The notes under the pieces: model-generated
Told to the model about the DNA's origin: nothing
Databases searched by the model: none
What the model saw: the letters and a program-made list of their open reading frames with translations, nothing else
Shown: one piece after another, positions 52,279 through 61,400 of the stretch
Layout: every line of letters begins with the position of its first letter
Numbering within the stretch: position 1 is the first letter of the stretch
Assembly: GCA_028708095.1 (NCBI GenBank)
Contig: JAQVZQ010000001.1
Location: 1,272 to 65,271, forward strand
Length of the DNA: 64,000 bases
From: Dysgonamonadaceae bacterium
GTDB taxonomy: Bacteria; Bacteroidota; Bacteroidia; Bacteroidales; Dysgonomonadaceae
Direction of reading: 5' to 3'
Position numbers and translations under genes: made by a program

Positions 52279-54351
52279 TTACTTATTCAACGCACTCATC
52301 AACTCTCTTTTCATGGTATCCACGCCTGGAAAACCAACAGTATGAAATGAATGATTCCCTTCTCTATCGATGATAAGATAGGTTGGCACTCCTCGTGCAT
52401 TCAGGCTCTCGCTCAGATAATCCCATTGCACCTGGTTCACCCTGTAGTGTTCACCTTTCAGGTCGGTAATCATATTCTTCCATGTATTCTCGGGGGAGTT
52501 TTCCCCTGCTAGATATAGGAATACCAAATCTTTTTCATCGGCAAGTTGTGCTTTTAGAGGCTCCATAGCTTTGTTTGCCATAATACATGGTCCACACCAT
52601 GTTGCCCACACATCCACTAAGATAACCTTTCCTTTAAATGGCTTCAACATTTCTACAAATAGTTCCTCATCTTCATTGGTGGGAGTGTTTAATACTGTAA
52701 ACCCCGTTTTCTTTTTATTCTCTTCAATTTTTGCCAATAGAGCCTCGTTCTCGTCTAATAGAGCCTGTTTGATAACCTCTGGGAAATCCGATAGCTCTTC
52801 TTTTTGTGCATCAGCAAGTGGATTGAAATCAATAATTCTACGCCCTATTTCCTGAGCATTAATCAAATCAAACATTAGAGCATTGTCTGTGTTCAAAATT
52901 TGTGAAAGAAAACCTACACCCATTTGTTTTTTCATATACTCATCAGTTATTGAATGATATTTATTAAATATAGACTCAATGGAAGCAGCTTTTTTGAATT
53001 CTTTGTTATTCTTTTGTGCTGTGATGTACTCTTTGAAAAAAATACGATCTTCTTCTGATACATCATCGTGTTGCGACAAATAACGAACAACCACAAAAGG
53101 ATCATTAGATTGACTGCGTGCATATCCCAAACTACGGATACTATTTCCAACATTAGGAACAAGCAGTATTTCGGGGTCATTGTAAGGAATTAGTTGGTAG
53201 TAATTTAAGAAGTCTTCAGCTCTATTTGCAGGCTTATATGCCTTTTTTGCCTCCTCCCTTGATAGTTGATGCTTTTTAGCGAATGCATCTTGAAGAAAGT
53301 AATCGGCAAACTCAATCTTTTCTTGTAATGCAAAAGCATCAAGAGCGCTCATTATTCTTTTAGCAAGAGGACTAATGTCAAGTTCTTTGTTATGTGCAAC
53401 ATTTTCGTGATATTTCTCTGTCATAAATGCCTTGTAATCATTTACATCCATATCAGGAATAATGCTTGAATAGTCTTCTTGTATGGCATTTGATATATCC
53501 TCATTGGCAAGATCGTTATTCAGCTTAGCCATATAACCAGCATAGTAATATTTTTTTCCATAAGGTTCTTGTTCTTTCAATAGGCGACTATTTTGACGAT
53601 AGAACTCAGGAAGATTGATTATAATACTTGACTCCTTTCCAGGCGCTACTTTTATAGGAACACGAGCAGCTTTTGATGCAATAAAAAGATTGGTAGGACT
53701 ATAAATAGGAACATTTATCGTAAACGCCCCCTTATCATCTATATCCAGAGGAATAGCGTTCTCTTTTCCTGTGATTGGATTGTTGTATATCACTGTCCAA
53801 TCAAGGGCGCCAGAAACATATCTCCATATTTCGCCGCTTACGGTGGCATCGCCTTTCTCCCATCCTAGCTGTAGGTCAGTTTCCTCTTTAGGTTTCTTTG
53901 TAAACTTGCGAGAAAGTTTAGGTTGTGGCATTTGTTTGTTTACAAGGTCTACTCCCCAAATCTTAAAACATTCCTCGCAGTCACCCTCTATAAAATCGAA
54001 TGTTTTAGTATTGACAGGTAACGGTTCAAACAGCAGTTTAAACGATGCTTCACCCGACTCAGGCATCCAGAAAAGCGAATCCAGATCGATGCCCTCTCCG
54101 TTGTTAATCATATACTTCTTACCATCAGCGTATAAATAGCTGTCCGAAGTGACTTTAATCCAGTATCTTGGTCTGTAAAAAGCCTCCACATCAAGCACGG
54201 TGACCGAGTCGGTGAGCGTTACTTTTGCGATTTCTAACGAACGGGTGTTGGCAAAAGCTGTTGGTGGCAACTCTACCGATTTTGATTCTGGCTGTGATGT
54301 ACAGGCTGTTAGTGCAAGCAGTACAATTACGAAATAAAATACTTTTTTCAT
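52279..54351 (-). CDS. TlpA-like thiol:disulfide oxidoreductase lipoprotein with a large N-terminal extension
   Basis: Lipobox LALTAC and a C-terminal thioredoxin fold VILVDVWATWCGPC. Confidence 0.8.
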   Translation of the reverse strand: MKKVFYFVIVLLALTACTSQPESKSVELPPTAFANTRSLEIAKVTLTDSVTVLDVEAFYRPRYWIKVTSDSYLYADGKKYMINNGEGIDLDSLFWMPESGEASFKLLFEPLPVNTKTFDFIEGDCEECFKIWGVDLVNKQMPQPKLSRKFTKKPKEETDLQLGWEKGDATVSGEIWRYVSGALDWTVIYNNPITGKENAIPLDIDDKGAFTINVPIYSPTNLFIASKAARVPIKVAPGKESSIIINLPEFYRQNSRLLKEQEPYGKKYYYAGYMAKLNNDLANEDISNAIQEDYSSIIPDMDVNDYKAFMTEKYHENVAHNKELDISPLAKRIMSALDAFALQEKIEFADYFLQDAFAKKHQLSREEAKKAYKPANRAEDFLNYYQLIPYNDPEILLVPNVGNSIRSLGYARSQSNDPFVVVRYLSQHDDVSEEDRIFFKEYITAQKNNKEFKKAASIESIFNKYHSITDEYMKKQMGVGFLSQILNTDNALMFDLINAQEIGRRIIDFNPLADAQKEELSDFPEVIKQALLDENEALLAKIEENKKKTGFTVLNTPTNEDEELFVEMLKPFKGKVILVDVWATWCGPCIMANKAMEPLKAQLADEKDLVFLYLAGENSPENTWKNMITDLKGEHYRVNQVQWDYLSESLNARGVPTYLIIDREGNHSFHTVGFPGVDTMKRELMSALNK

Positions 54352-54419
54352 GTTACGGTGTTCTTAATTATTAACTGAATTGTGGCAGTGTGCGAATTAA
54401 ATATAGTAGCATACATGCT

Positions 54420-54896
54420 TTATGGTAGATTGTTTATGTCTTTTGCAAACTTATGAGAGAGCTTCTGTACTGGTAGTTATTTGTTTACTAAATCAATTCC
54501 CCAAACCTTAAAACAATCCCTACAATCGCTCTCTATAAAGTCGAATGTTTCCGTATTTAGGGGCAATGGTTCAAATAGTAGCTTAAACGATGCTTTCGCG
54601 GTTTTAGGCATATAGAAGAGCGAGTCTAAATCGATGCCCTCACCGCTACGTATCATATACTTCTTACCGTCGGCTTGCAAATAGCTGTCCGATGCTATTC
54701 TAATCCACAATTTAGGTATGTAAAATGCATTCACATCAAGCACAGTTAACGAATCGGAGAGGGTTACCTTCGAGATTTCTATCGACCGGGTATTGGAAAA
54801 AGCTGCGGGTGGCATTTTTACCGTTTTTGTTGTCAGTTGTGATTTGCAAGCTGTAAATGCAAGCAAGGCAATTAGAAAATAAAGTGCTTTTTTCAT
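54420..54896 (-). pseudogene. Truncated tandem paralog of the N-terminus of the TlpA-like gene
   Basis: The 139-aa ORF is collinear with residues 1-139 of 52279..54351. Homology continues past the stop (VNK*LPVQKLSHKFAKD versus VNKQMPQPKLSRKFTKK). Confidence 0.75.
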
Positions 54897-54908
54897 GTTA
54901 TTGTGTTT

Positions 54909-57900
54909 TTAATCTAATGTTTTGGTAGTCGTTGGTATAAACTTAACTTTATTCTTTAATGTGATTATTACCACTCCATTTTTTCCTTCATCCGCATACT
55001 TTGATATAGCTTCTTCATTTTTCAAAACAGAGATAGATTCAATATCAGATTGGTTTATATCCTCTATATCAAATCCTTTTGGCATTTTTTCGCCGTCAAC
55101 TATGACTAAAGGCTTGTTAGTAATAAGTTTATCTTTTATGAGAGTAGTAACTCTCCCGTTAAGGTTATTCGTAGCTTCGTCCTTGTTTAATCTAAAAACT
55201 ACAGGTATCGTTAACCTCACATTCACAGCCTTTCCTTTTTGCATTCCAGGCTTCCATTTTGGCATTGCTTCTATCACTCTAATTGCTTCTGCATATAAAG
55301 AAGGATCTGGTCCTCTCACTATTTGAGCATCGGATATACTACCGTCTTTGTTTACAATAAAAGAGGTAATAACCCGTCCTTGAATTTTATTTCTCTTAGC
55401 TTGCAATGGATAAATAATATTGTCAGCAAAATATTTCTCTAATGCAGGCTTCCCTCCAGGAAATTCAGGTTGTTCCTCTACTGCTACAAAAACATCTTCT
55501 CTCTCTTCTTTTATTTTAGCAATATTATTTTTTACTGAAGGTGTAAACTTAACACCCTTCTTTAAAGTAACTAATATAACCCCATTTTTTCCTTCTTCCC
55601 CATACTCCTTTATGTCCGAATCATCTTTTAGAATAGAAAAAGACTCTATATCTTCAGGATTAATATCCAACATATGAAAATCACTCCCCATTTTCACACC
55701 ACCAATCAGGACTAAGGGATTTCCATGTCTTTCCACTATATTTTTTCTTGTTGTGTCTTTTTCACCTTCCTCTAACTTAAACAAAACTGGCAGTGTATAC
55801 CTCACTTTTACAGGCGCCCCTCTTTGCGTACCAGGGCTCCATTTAGGCATTGTTTTTATTACTCTGACAGCTTCTGCATCAAGCAGTGGATGAAGGCTGC
55901 GCACGACCTTTATGTTAGAAAGGCTGCCATCTTTGTTGACGATGAAATCGACAACTACTCGCCCTTCAATATCACTGTTTGCAAGCTCAGCTGGAAAACG
56001 AGTGTTCTCTGCAACGAAAGCCATTAAAGCTTGCATACCGCCTGGAAACTCAGGTTGATCTTCCACAACCACAAATACATCATCATCAACCTTCTTCTTC
56101 TCAGCGACAAAGGATTTAGTATAAACAATAACAACTCCATTCTTTCCTTCATCTCCGTAAATTGCTAAGGCTGACTTATCTTTTAAAATAGAGACTGATT
56201 CAATATTCTCTTTAATTTGATTTAAGTCAAATCCTTTCCCCATTTTCACATCATCGATAACGTAAAGAGGCTCACCATTTCCAAACTTCTTTGCTAATGC
56301 TTGAGGAGTTGCTTCTTCCATCGAACCGTAACCACGCACAATTACTTCATTCTTATCTTCATTATCTTTTTTACTATTATCTGAAACTTTCGTTTCTGAA
56401 GCTTCTTTTGTAGAAATCATTACAGCCCCATTTTTCCCCTCTTCTCCATAAGTTGCCATGGCTGCTTCCTTTTGATAAATTGTTGTATGTTCAATATCTG
56501 ATCTGTCGATTTTGCTCATATCAAATTCTTTATCCATCTTCACGCCATCAACTATGAATAGTGGCTTGCCATCTCCCGTTTTATCGGCTATGGACAATAC
56601 GGTATATCCTCTCATTGCAACATCAAAAGAGGCTTTTTCACCATCTAAACGAAAAGCAAATTGTGCATTGTATTTTACTTTTAGAGGTTCATCATCTTCT
56701 GTGTATGTGAATTGTTTCAATTTAGGCATTGCGTTGATTACTCTAATCGCTTCTTGATTTAAGGATGGAGAGAGACCTACTTCAATTTTAGAATTAATAA
56801 TTGAACCATCTTCTTCGATTATAAAACTAGCAATAACATCTCCATGTACTCCATTCTCTTTTGCATCCTGAGGGTATTTCACTTCTGATTTGAGAGCAGC
56901 AGCCAACTTATCTAAGTTTTTAGTTACTTCATGAAATCTAGATTTATCTTTAGAATCTTTATTCTCTATTTTCACAGGCTCTTGTTGCTGTTCATTCTGT
57001 TGAGCATACACGCTGTTTGCTGTAATCAGCAGCAGTGCCAATGGCAATATACTCAAGTACTTTGTCAGCTTTCGCATCGGTGATTTCTCACTGTTCATCA
57101 TTATAATTCTCTGTTTTAGTTGTGATACATTGAAGTTATTCACTATCTGAACTGCAGTTTCATGATTAGTCATTTGTAATAGATGGTATTGGTATTCGGT
57201 AGATTCTACTCCTTCTTGCAGCACGGCTTGGTCTGCCAAGTATTCTAAGTTGATGGCGATGTCTCGCTTCATCACCCACACAACAGGATTCCACCAAAAG
57301 GCTATGCGAAGTAGCTCTGCCAATAGTATGTCGAGTGAGTGCCACTGACGAACATGTGTATGCTCGTGCAGTAGAATCTGTTTCAACTCTTTTTCTGTAT
57401 GTGTATCTGTATGGATAAATATCCAGCTAAAGAATGAAAAGGGGGTTATCTCATCTTTTAGTTGATGGAAAAGATAACCAAACAGGCTTCTTTTCTCGCT
57501 TCGCGATTTAATACGGATGATTGAGAAGAGTTGGCACAAGAAGCGCAAGCTTAAGAGAGACACTCCAATTAACAGAATGTTTTTACCAATTAGCATCCAG
57601 TCAAAGGGCGTGGTTGCTTCTGCTGCATCGTCAACTATCATCTCTCCCATGGATATCTCTCCCATGGATATCTCTGCTATATATACAGAGGTTTCTATTG
57701 CAACTGTTTCGGGTGTCATGTTGATTAAGTTGCCCAGCATAGTCACATTCATAATAGGGTAGGAGAGTGAGAAAATGATTGCCGACAAAAAGTAGTACCG
57801 CCTTATTCGTATAAAAGTGTCTTTGCGAAAGAACAGCAGATAGAGCAAATAGAACATTGCCAGTGCTATATTTACTTTTACGAAATATATAAGTAGTGTT

Positions 57901-57911
57901 TCCATTGTCAT
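54909..57911 (-). CDS. BlaR1-type M56 peptidase sensor fused to three TonB-C domains and four plug-like modules
   Basis: HEHTHVRQWH zinc motif, 4 TM, TonB_C repeats (..QPEFPGG..RV..F.VNKDGS..) alternating with PL.V.DG.KM..ES.S.LK...YG.EGKNGV modules. Confidence 0.85.
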   Translation of the reverse strand: MTMETLLIYFVKVNIALAMFYLLYLLFFRKDTFIRIRRYYFLSAIIFSLSYPIMNVTMLGNLINMTPETVAIETSVYIAEISMGEISMGEMIVDDAAEATTPFDWMLIGKNILLIGVSLLSLRFLCQLFSIIRIKSRSEKRSLFGYLFHQLKDEITPFSFFSWIFIHTDTHTEKELKQILLHEHTHVRQWHSLDILLAELLRIAFWWNPVVWVMKRDIAINLEYLADQAVLQEGVESTEYQYHLLQMTNHETAVQIVNNFNVSQLKQRIIMMNSEKSPMRKLTKYLSILPLALLLITANSVYAQQNEQQQEPVKIENKDSKDKSRFHEVTKNLDKLAAALKSEVKYPQDAKENGVHGDVIASFIIEEDGSIINSKIEVGLSPSLNQEAIRVINAMPKLKQFTYTEDDEPLKVKYNAQFAFRLDGEKASFDVAMRGYTVLSIADKTGDGKPLFIVDGVKMDKEFDMSKIDRSDIEHTTIYQKEAAMATYGEEGKNGAVMISTKEASETKVSDNSKKDNEDKNEVIVRGYGSMEEATPQALAKKFGNGEPLYVIDDVKMGKGFDLNQIKENIESVSILKDKSALAIYGDEGKNGVVIVYTKSFVAEKKKVDDDVFVVVEDQPEFPGGMQALMAFVAENTRFPAELANSDIEGRVVVDFIVNKDGSLSNIKVVRSLHPLLDAEAVRVIKTMPKWSPGTQRGAPVKVRYTLPVLFKLEEGEKDTTRKNIVERHGNPLVLIGGVKMGSDFHMLDINPEDIESFSILKDDSDIKEYGEEGKNGVILVTLKKGVKFTPSVKNNIAKIKEEREDVFVAVEEQPEFPGGKPALEKYFADNIIYPLQAKRNKIQGRVITSFIVNKDGSISDAQIVRGPDPSLYAEAIRVIEAMPKWKPGMQKGKAVNVRLTIPVVFRLNKDEATNNLNGRVTTLIKDKLITNKPLVIVDGEKMPKGFDIEDINQSDIESISVLKNEEAISKYADEGKNGVVIITLKNKVKFIPTTTKTLD
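56991..57812. repeat. 822-bp tract identical to 59131-59952 (offset 2140 bp)
   Basis: Line-by-line identity; the first mismatch is at 57813/59953. It covers the sensor/peptidase half of both blaR1 paralogs. Confidence 0.9.
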
Positions 57912-57938
57912 ACTATTTAAATGCAGTTATATGCTGTT

Positions 57939-58000
57939 CTATTTCCTGTTCTTCCCAATGTAGTTCAATAATATCAGTCAATTATTCAATCGTTACCACA
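57939..58000 (-). pseudogene. Remnant of the 3' end of a second blaI copy
   Basis: At the same 2140-bp offset as the blaI stop (60079). It reads ..LILLNYIGKNRK* versus blaI ..EIIELIEKNRK*. Confidence 0.6.
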
Positions 58001-58044
58001 CTGTCGTGAGTTTGTAACCACATTAACTTTTTCTTTGAGTTGCT

Positions 58045-60051
58045 TTATAGCTTATTATCACCCTTATCCTCTAAACTCAATCTGAATATCACAGGCATTT
58101 TGAAACTTACATTAACAGCTTCTTCTTTTTGCGTTCCTGGTTTCCATAAAGGCATCATTTCAATTACTCTAATGGCCTCAGCATCTAACAATGGGTCAAC
58201 GCCTCGTACAATTTCAATGTCTGAAACACTGCCATCTTTATTCACTATAAAAGAGGTGATAACTCTACCTTCAATTCCATTTTTATGAGCTTCTACAGGG
58301 TATTTGATATTGTCTCCCAAAAACTTCATCAATGCCTGAACTCCTCCTGGAAATTCGGGTTGATTTTCTACTACCATGAAAACATCATCTCTATCACTTT
58401 TTCTTTTGCTATCTATTGTTTCAGGTTTTTTAGTTGGAGTTTTAGTTTTGTCCTTTAAAGTAATTAATATAACTCCATCTTTTCCTTCCTCTCCATATAC
58501 TTCTAAAGCTGATTTATCTTTTAAAACAGATATAGACTCTATTTTTGTTGGTATAATTGAGTTCAATCTGAATCCTTTTATCATTTTCACATCATCAACA
58601 ATGTAAAGAGGATTGCCGTTTTCAAGTTTTTTTATTAAAGATTCTCGTGAGGCTTTATTCATAGAGTCGTATCCACGCACTATAACCTCATCTCTTTCTT
58701 TGTCTTTTAAAATCTTAATGCTTACAGTAGTCATTTCTGACGTATCCTCATTCTCATCTAATTTGAAAGAAATTGGAAGCGTGTACCTTACTCTCACCCT
58801 CTCGTCTCTTTGTAATCCAGGATTCCATTTTGGCATTGCTTCAATAATCCTAATTGCCTCTTTATCTAAAGAGGGGTCCACACCACGTACAATTTGAACA
58901 TCAGATAGAGAGCCATCTTTTTCAATTATATAATTAACTATCACTCGTCCTTGTATGCCATTTTCTTTTGCAATTACAGGATACTTCATTTCTTTTTCTA
59001 TGAACTCCATCATTGCCTTTACATTTCCCTTAAAACTTGGTTGTTTTTCTACCACCACAAATATCTCATCGCTCTTGCTCTCTTTCTTTACAGGGTCTTG
59101 CTCTTGTGGAGGTTTCGCTTCTTCTTTCGGTTCATTCTGTTGAGCATACACGCTGTTTGCTGTAATCAGCAGCAGTGCCAATGGCAATATACTCAAGTAC
59201 TTTGTCAGCTTTCGCATCGGTGATTTCTCACTGTTCATCATTATAATTCTCTGTTTTAGTTGTGATACATTGAAGTTATTCACTATCTGAACTGCAGTTT
59301 CATGATTAGTCATTTGTAATAGATGGTATTGGTATTCGGTAGATTCTACTCCTTCTTGCAGCACGGCTTGGTCTGCCAAGTATTCTAAGTTGATGGCGAT
59401 GTCTCGCTTCATCACCCACACAACAGGATTCCACCAAAAGGCTATGCGAAGTAGCTCTGCCAATAGTATGTCGAGTGAGTGCCACTGACGAACATGTGTA
59501 TGCTCGTGCAGTAGAATCTGTTTCAACTCTTTTTCTGTATGTGTATCTGTATGGATAAATATCCAGCTAAAGAATGAAAAGGGGGTTATCTCATCTTTTA
59601 GTTGATGGAAAAGATAACCAAACAGGCTTCTTTTCTCGCTTCGCGATTTAATACGGATGATTGAGAAGAGTTGGCACAAGAAGCGCAAGCTTAAGAGAGA
59701 CACTCCAATTAACAGAATGTTTTTACCAATTAGCATCCAGTCAAAGGGCGTGGTTGCTTCTGCTGCATCGTCAACTATCATCTCTCCCATGGATATCTCT
59801 CCCATGGATATCTCTGCTATATATACAGAGGTTTCTATTGCAACTGTTTCGGGTGTCATGTTGATTAAGTTGCCCAGCATAGTCACATTCATAATAGGGT
59901 AGGAGAGTGAGAAAATGATTGCCGACAAAAAGTAGTACCGCCTTATTCGTATGAAAGTGTCTTTGCGAAAGAACAACAGATAGAGCAAATAGAACAATGC
60001 CAGTGCTATGTTTACTTTAGCGAGGTATATAAGTAGAGTTTCCATTGTCAT
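58045..60051 (-). CDS. BlaR1-type M56 peptidase sensor fused to two TonB-C domains and one plug-like module
   Basis: Residues about 21-330 are identical to those of 54909..57911; the first 20 residues differ at three positions. The C-terminal array is different. Confidence 0.85.
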   Translation of the reverse strand: MTMETLLIYLAKVNIALALFYLLYLLFFRKDTFIRIRRYYFLSAIIFSLSYPIMNVTMLGNLINMTPETVAIETSVYIAEISMGEISMGEMIVDDAAEATTPFDWMLIGKNILLIGVSLLSLRFLCQLFSIIRIKSRSEKRSLFGYLFHQLKDEITPFSFFSWIFIHTDTHTEKELKQILLHEHTHVRQWHSLDILLAELLRIAFWWNPVVWVMKRDIAINLEYLADQAVLQEGVESTEYQYHLLQMTNHETAVQIVNNFNVSQLKQRIIMMNSEKSPMRKLTKYLSILPLALLLITANSVYAQQNEPKEEAKPPQEQDPVKKESKSDEIFVVVEKQPSFKGNVKAMMEFIEKEMKYPVIAKENGIQGRVIVNYIIEKDGSLSDVQIVRGVDPSLDKEAIRIIEAMPKWNPGLQRDERVRVRYTLPISFKLDENEDTSEMTTVSIKILKDKERDEVIVRGYDSMNKASRESLIKKLENGNPLYIVDDVKMIKGFRLNSIIPTKIESISVLKDKSALEVYGEEGKDGVILITLKDKTKTPTKKPETIDSKRKSDRDDVFMVVENQPEFPGGVQALMKFLGDNIKYPVEAHKNGIEGRVITSFIVNKDGSVSDIEIVRGVDPLLDAEAIRVIEMMPLWKPGTQKEEAVNVSFKMPVIFRLSLEDKGDNKL
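59131..59952. repeat. Second copy of the 822-bp identical tract
   Basis: See 56991-57812. Confidence 0.9.
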
Positions 60052-60078
60052 ACTATTTAAATACAGTTATATGCTGTT

Positions 60079-60441
60079 CTATTTCCTGTTTTTTTCTATG
60101 AGTTCAATAATCTCTGTCAATTCTTCGGTGGTTATTTTCTGTTCTTTGGCAAAGAAAGATACCAACTCTTTGTACGAATCGTCGAAATAGCTCTTTACTA
60201 AGTCTGAAAGAAAATGACGTTTATAGGCTGCTTCAGTAATTTTAGGAGAATATACTTTCACATTGCCATACTTTCGCATGGATAGATAATTTTTCCTTTC
60301 TAAATTATTGAAAATAGATGCTACAGTGGTGTAGGGTGGTTTTGGATCATCCATTTTGTCCACTACATCTTTTATAGCACACTTTTCGAGCTCCCAAACG
60401 AGGAGCATAACAGTTTCTTCTTGAGGTGTTAATGGTTCCAT
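60079..60441 (-). CDS. BlaI/MecI/CopY-family winged-helix repressor
   Basis: 120 aa; N-terminal LTPQEETVMLLVWE.. winged helix. It lies directly upstream of blaR1. Confidence 0.85.
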   Translation of the reverse strand: MEPLTPQEETVMLLVWELEKCAIKDVVDKMDDPKPPYTTVASIFNNLERKNYLSMRKYGNVKVYSPKITEAAYKRHFLSDLVKSYFDDSYKELVSFFAKEQKITTEELTEIIELIEKNRK

Positions 60442-60467
60442 AATTCATTATTGTTATTTAGTTGTTG

Positions 60468-60490
60468 CAAATCTACGAATAAATCGTAGA
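60468..60490 (-). promoter_or_regulatory. Candidate blaI promoter/operator: palindrome TCTACGA-N5-TCGTAGA overlapping a TAGATTTG -7 box
   Basis: Palindrome at 60472-60490; the -7 box on the minus strand is at 60468-60475, about 27 bp upstream of the blaI ATG. Confidence 0.5.
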
Positions 60491-60525
60491 CGACAAACAT
60501 ATTCACAATATATTATAGTTAATAA

Positions 60526-60569
60526 ACAACAAAACGCAGAAGAAATGTTGTTATTCTGCGTTTTGTTGT
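60526..60569. terminator. Strong 15-bp-stem hairpin (ACAACAAAACGCAGA-N14-TCTGCGTTTTGTTGT)
   Basis: Perfect inverted repeat separating the blaI promoter from the gene-free interval. Confidence 0.6.
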
Positions 60570-60789
60570 GAATTTATAATCTGTTAGGAGGTTCTATTAT
60601 GTTTTTTAAATATGACAAAGGAAATCTATAGTGAAAATAACGCTTGACAATAATGGCTTAGAGAAGTGATGTTGTCTTGTTGCGATTCTGACTTGTCCAT
60701 TTTAGTGCCACGAAATCTAACTATTAGACCTACTTAAATTTCGAAATTTACTAACTGAACTTTAAACACAATCTCCATCAAGAACTTCC

Positions 60790-61400
60790 AAAAATCTTTT
60801 CTAAACATTTCTTCAATGGAAGATTTCATTGTCAACAGTTGAAAATTGAATCTTCAACCGAAGATTTGACGAAAAAGTGTTGAAAATCGAATTCGCCACA
60901 GTTTTTCTGACAAACAACAGCCGAATTTCAAATCTTTGATGGTTTCTCTCTCAACAGAGAGGCTAAATTCAAATCTACCGTGAAAAATTTAACGAACAAG
61001 AGAAGAAAATCAGATTTACTGCAATTTCTCCTTTATTTATCTCTCGAAAATCCAATTTACTTGAAACAAAAGGGCATTTGTGCTTTTCTAAACATTTCTT
61101 CAATGGAAGATTGCGTTTTCATCTCTTGTTCGTCCAATCTTCGACGGAAGAAATGATTATTGTCTTTCTAAAAGCATTTTTTTTCTAAAATCTATCAGGA
61201 AAGGTGCATTGTGCGACAATTTTTAAAAGCCGATACCAATCTCAATCGATAAATGGGCACTAATTTTTGTAGGATGCAAGAATCAACATTTCTGACTCCA
61301 TTTTTTTGTGGTGGAAAACAAAATCGACTTTTGCAACAGCAATCTTTCTGTGTGTTTGCTATATTCATCTGTTGAATTTATAATCTTTGGTGGAAAATGT
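60790..61400. repeat. Cluster of degenerate hairpin repeats of about 40 nt (REP/BIME-like), same family as 7.98-8.35 kb
   Basis: Recurrent words: CAACAGTTGAAAATYGAAT, GAAGATT/AATCTTC, TTCTAAACATTTCTTCAATGGAAGATT (twice). By eye, 60862-60900 matches the reverse complement of 8265-8303 at most positions. Confidence 0.7.

Noticed and set aside
60790-61100. Quasi-periodic units of about 37-45 nt that at first glance resemble a CRISPR or other guide-RNA array
   Set aside because: The repeats are degenerate and their spacing is irregular. The units are hairpins rather than repeat-spacer alternation. No cas or other effector gene is adjacent, since the neighbours are blaI and deoC.
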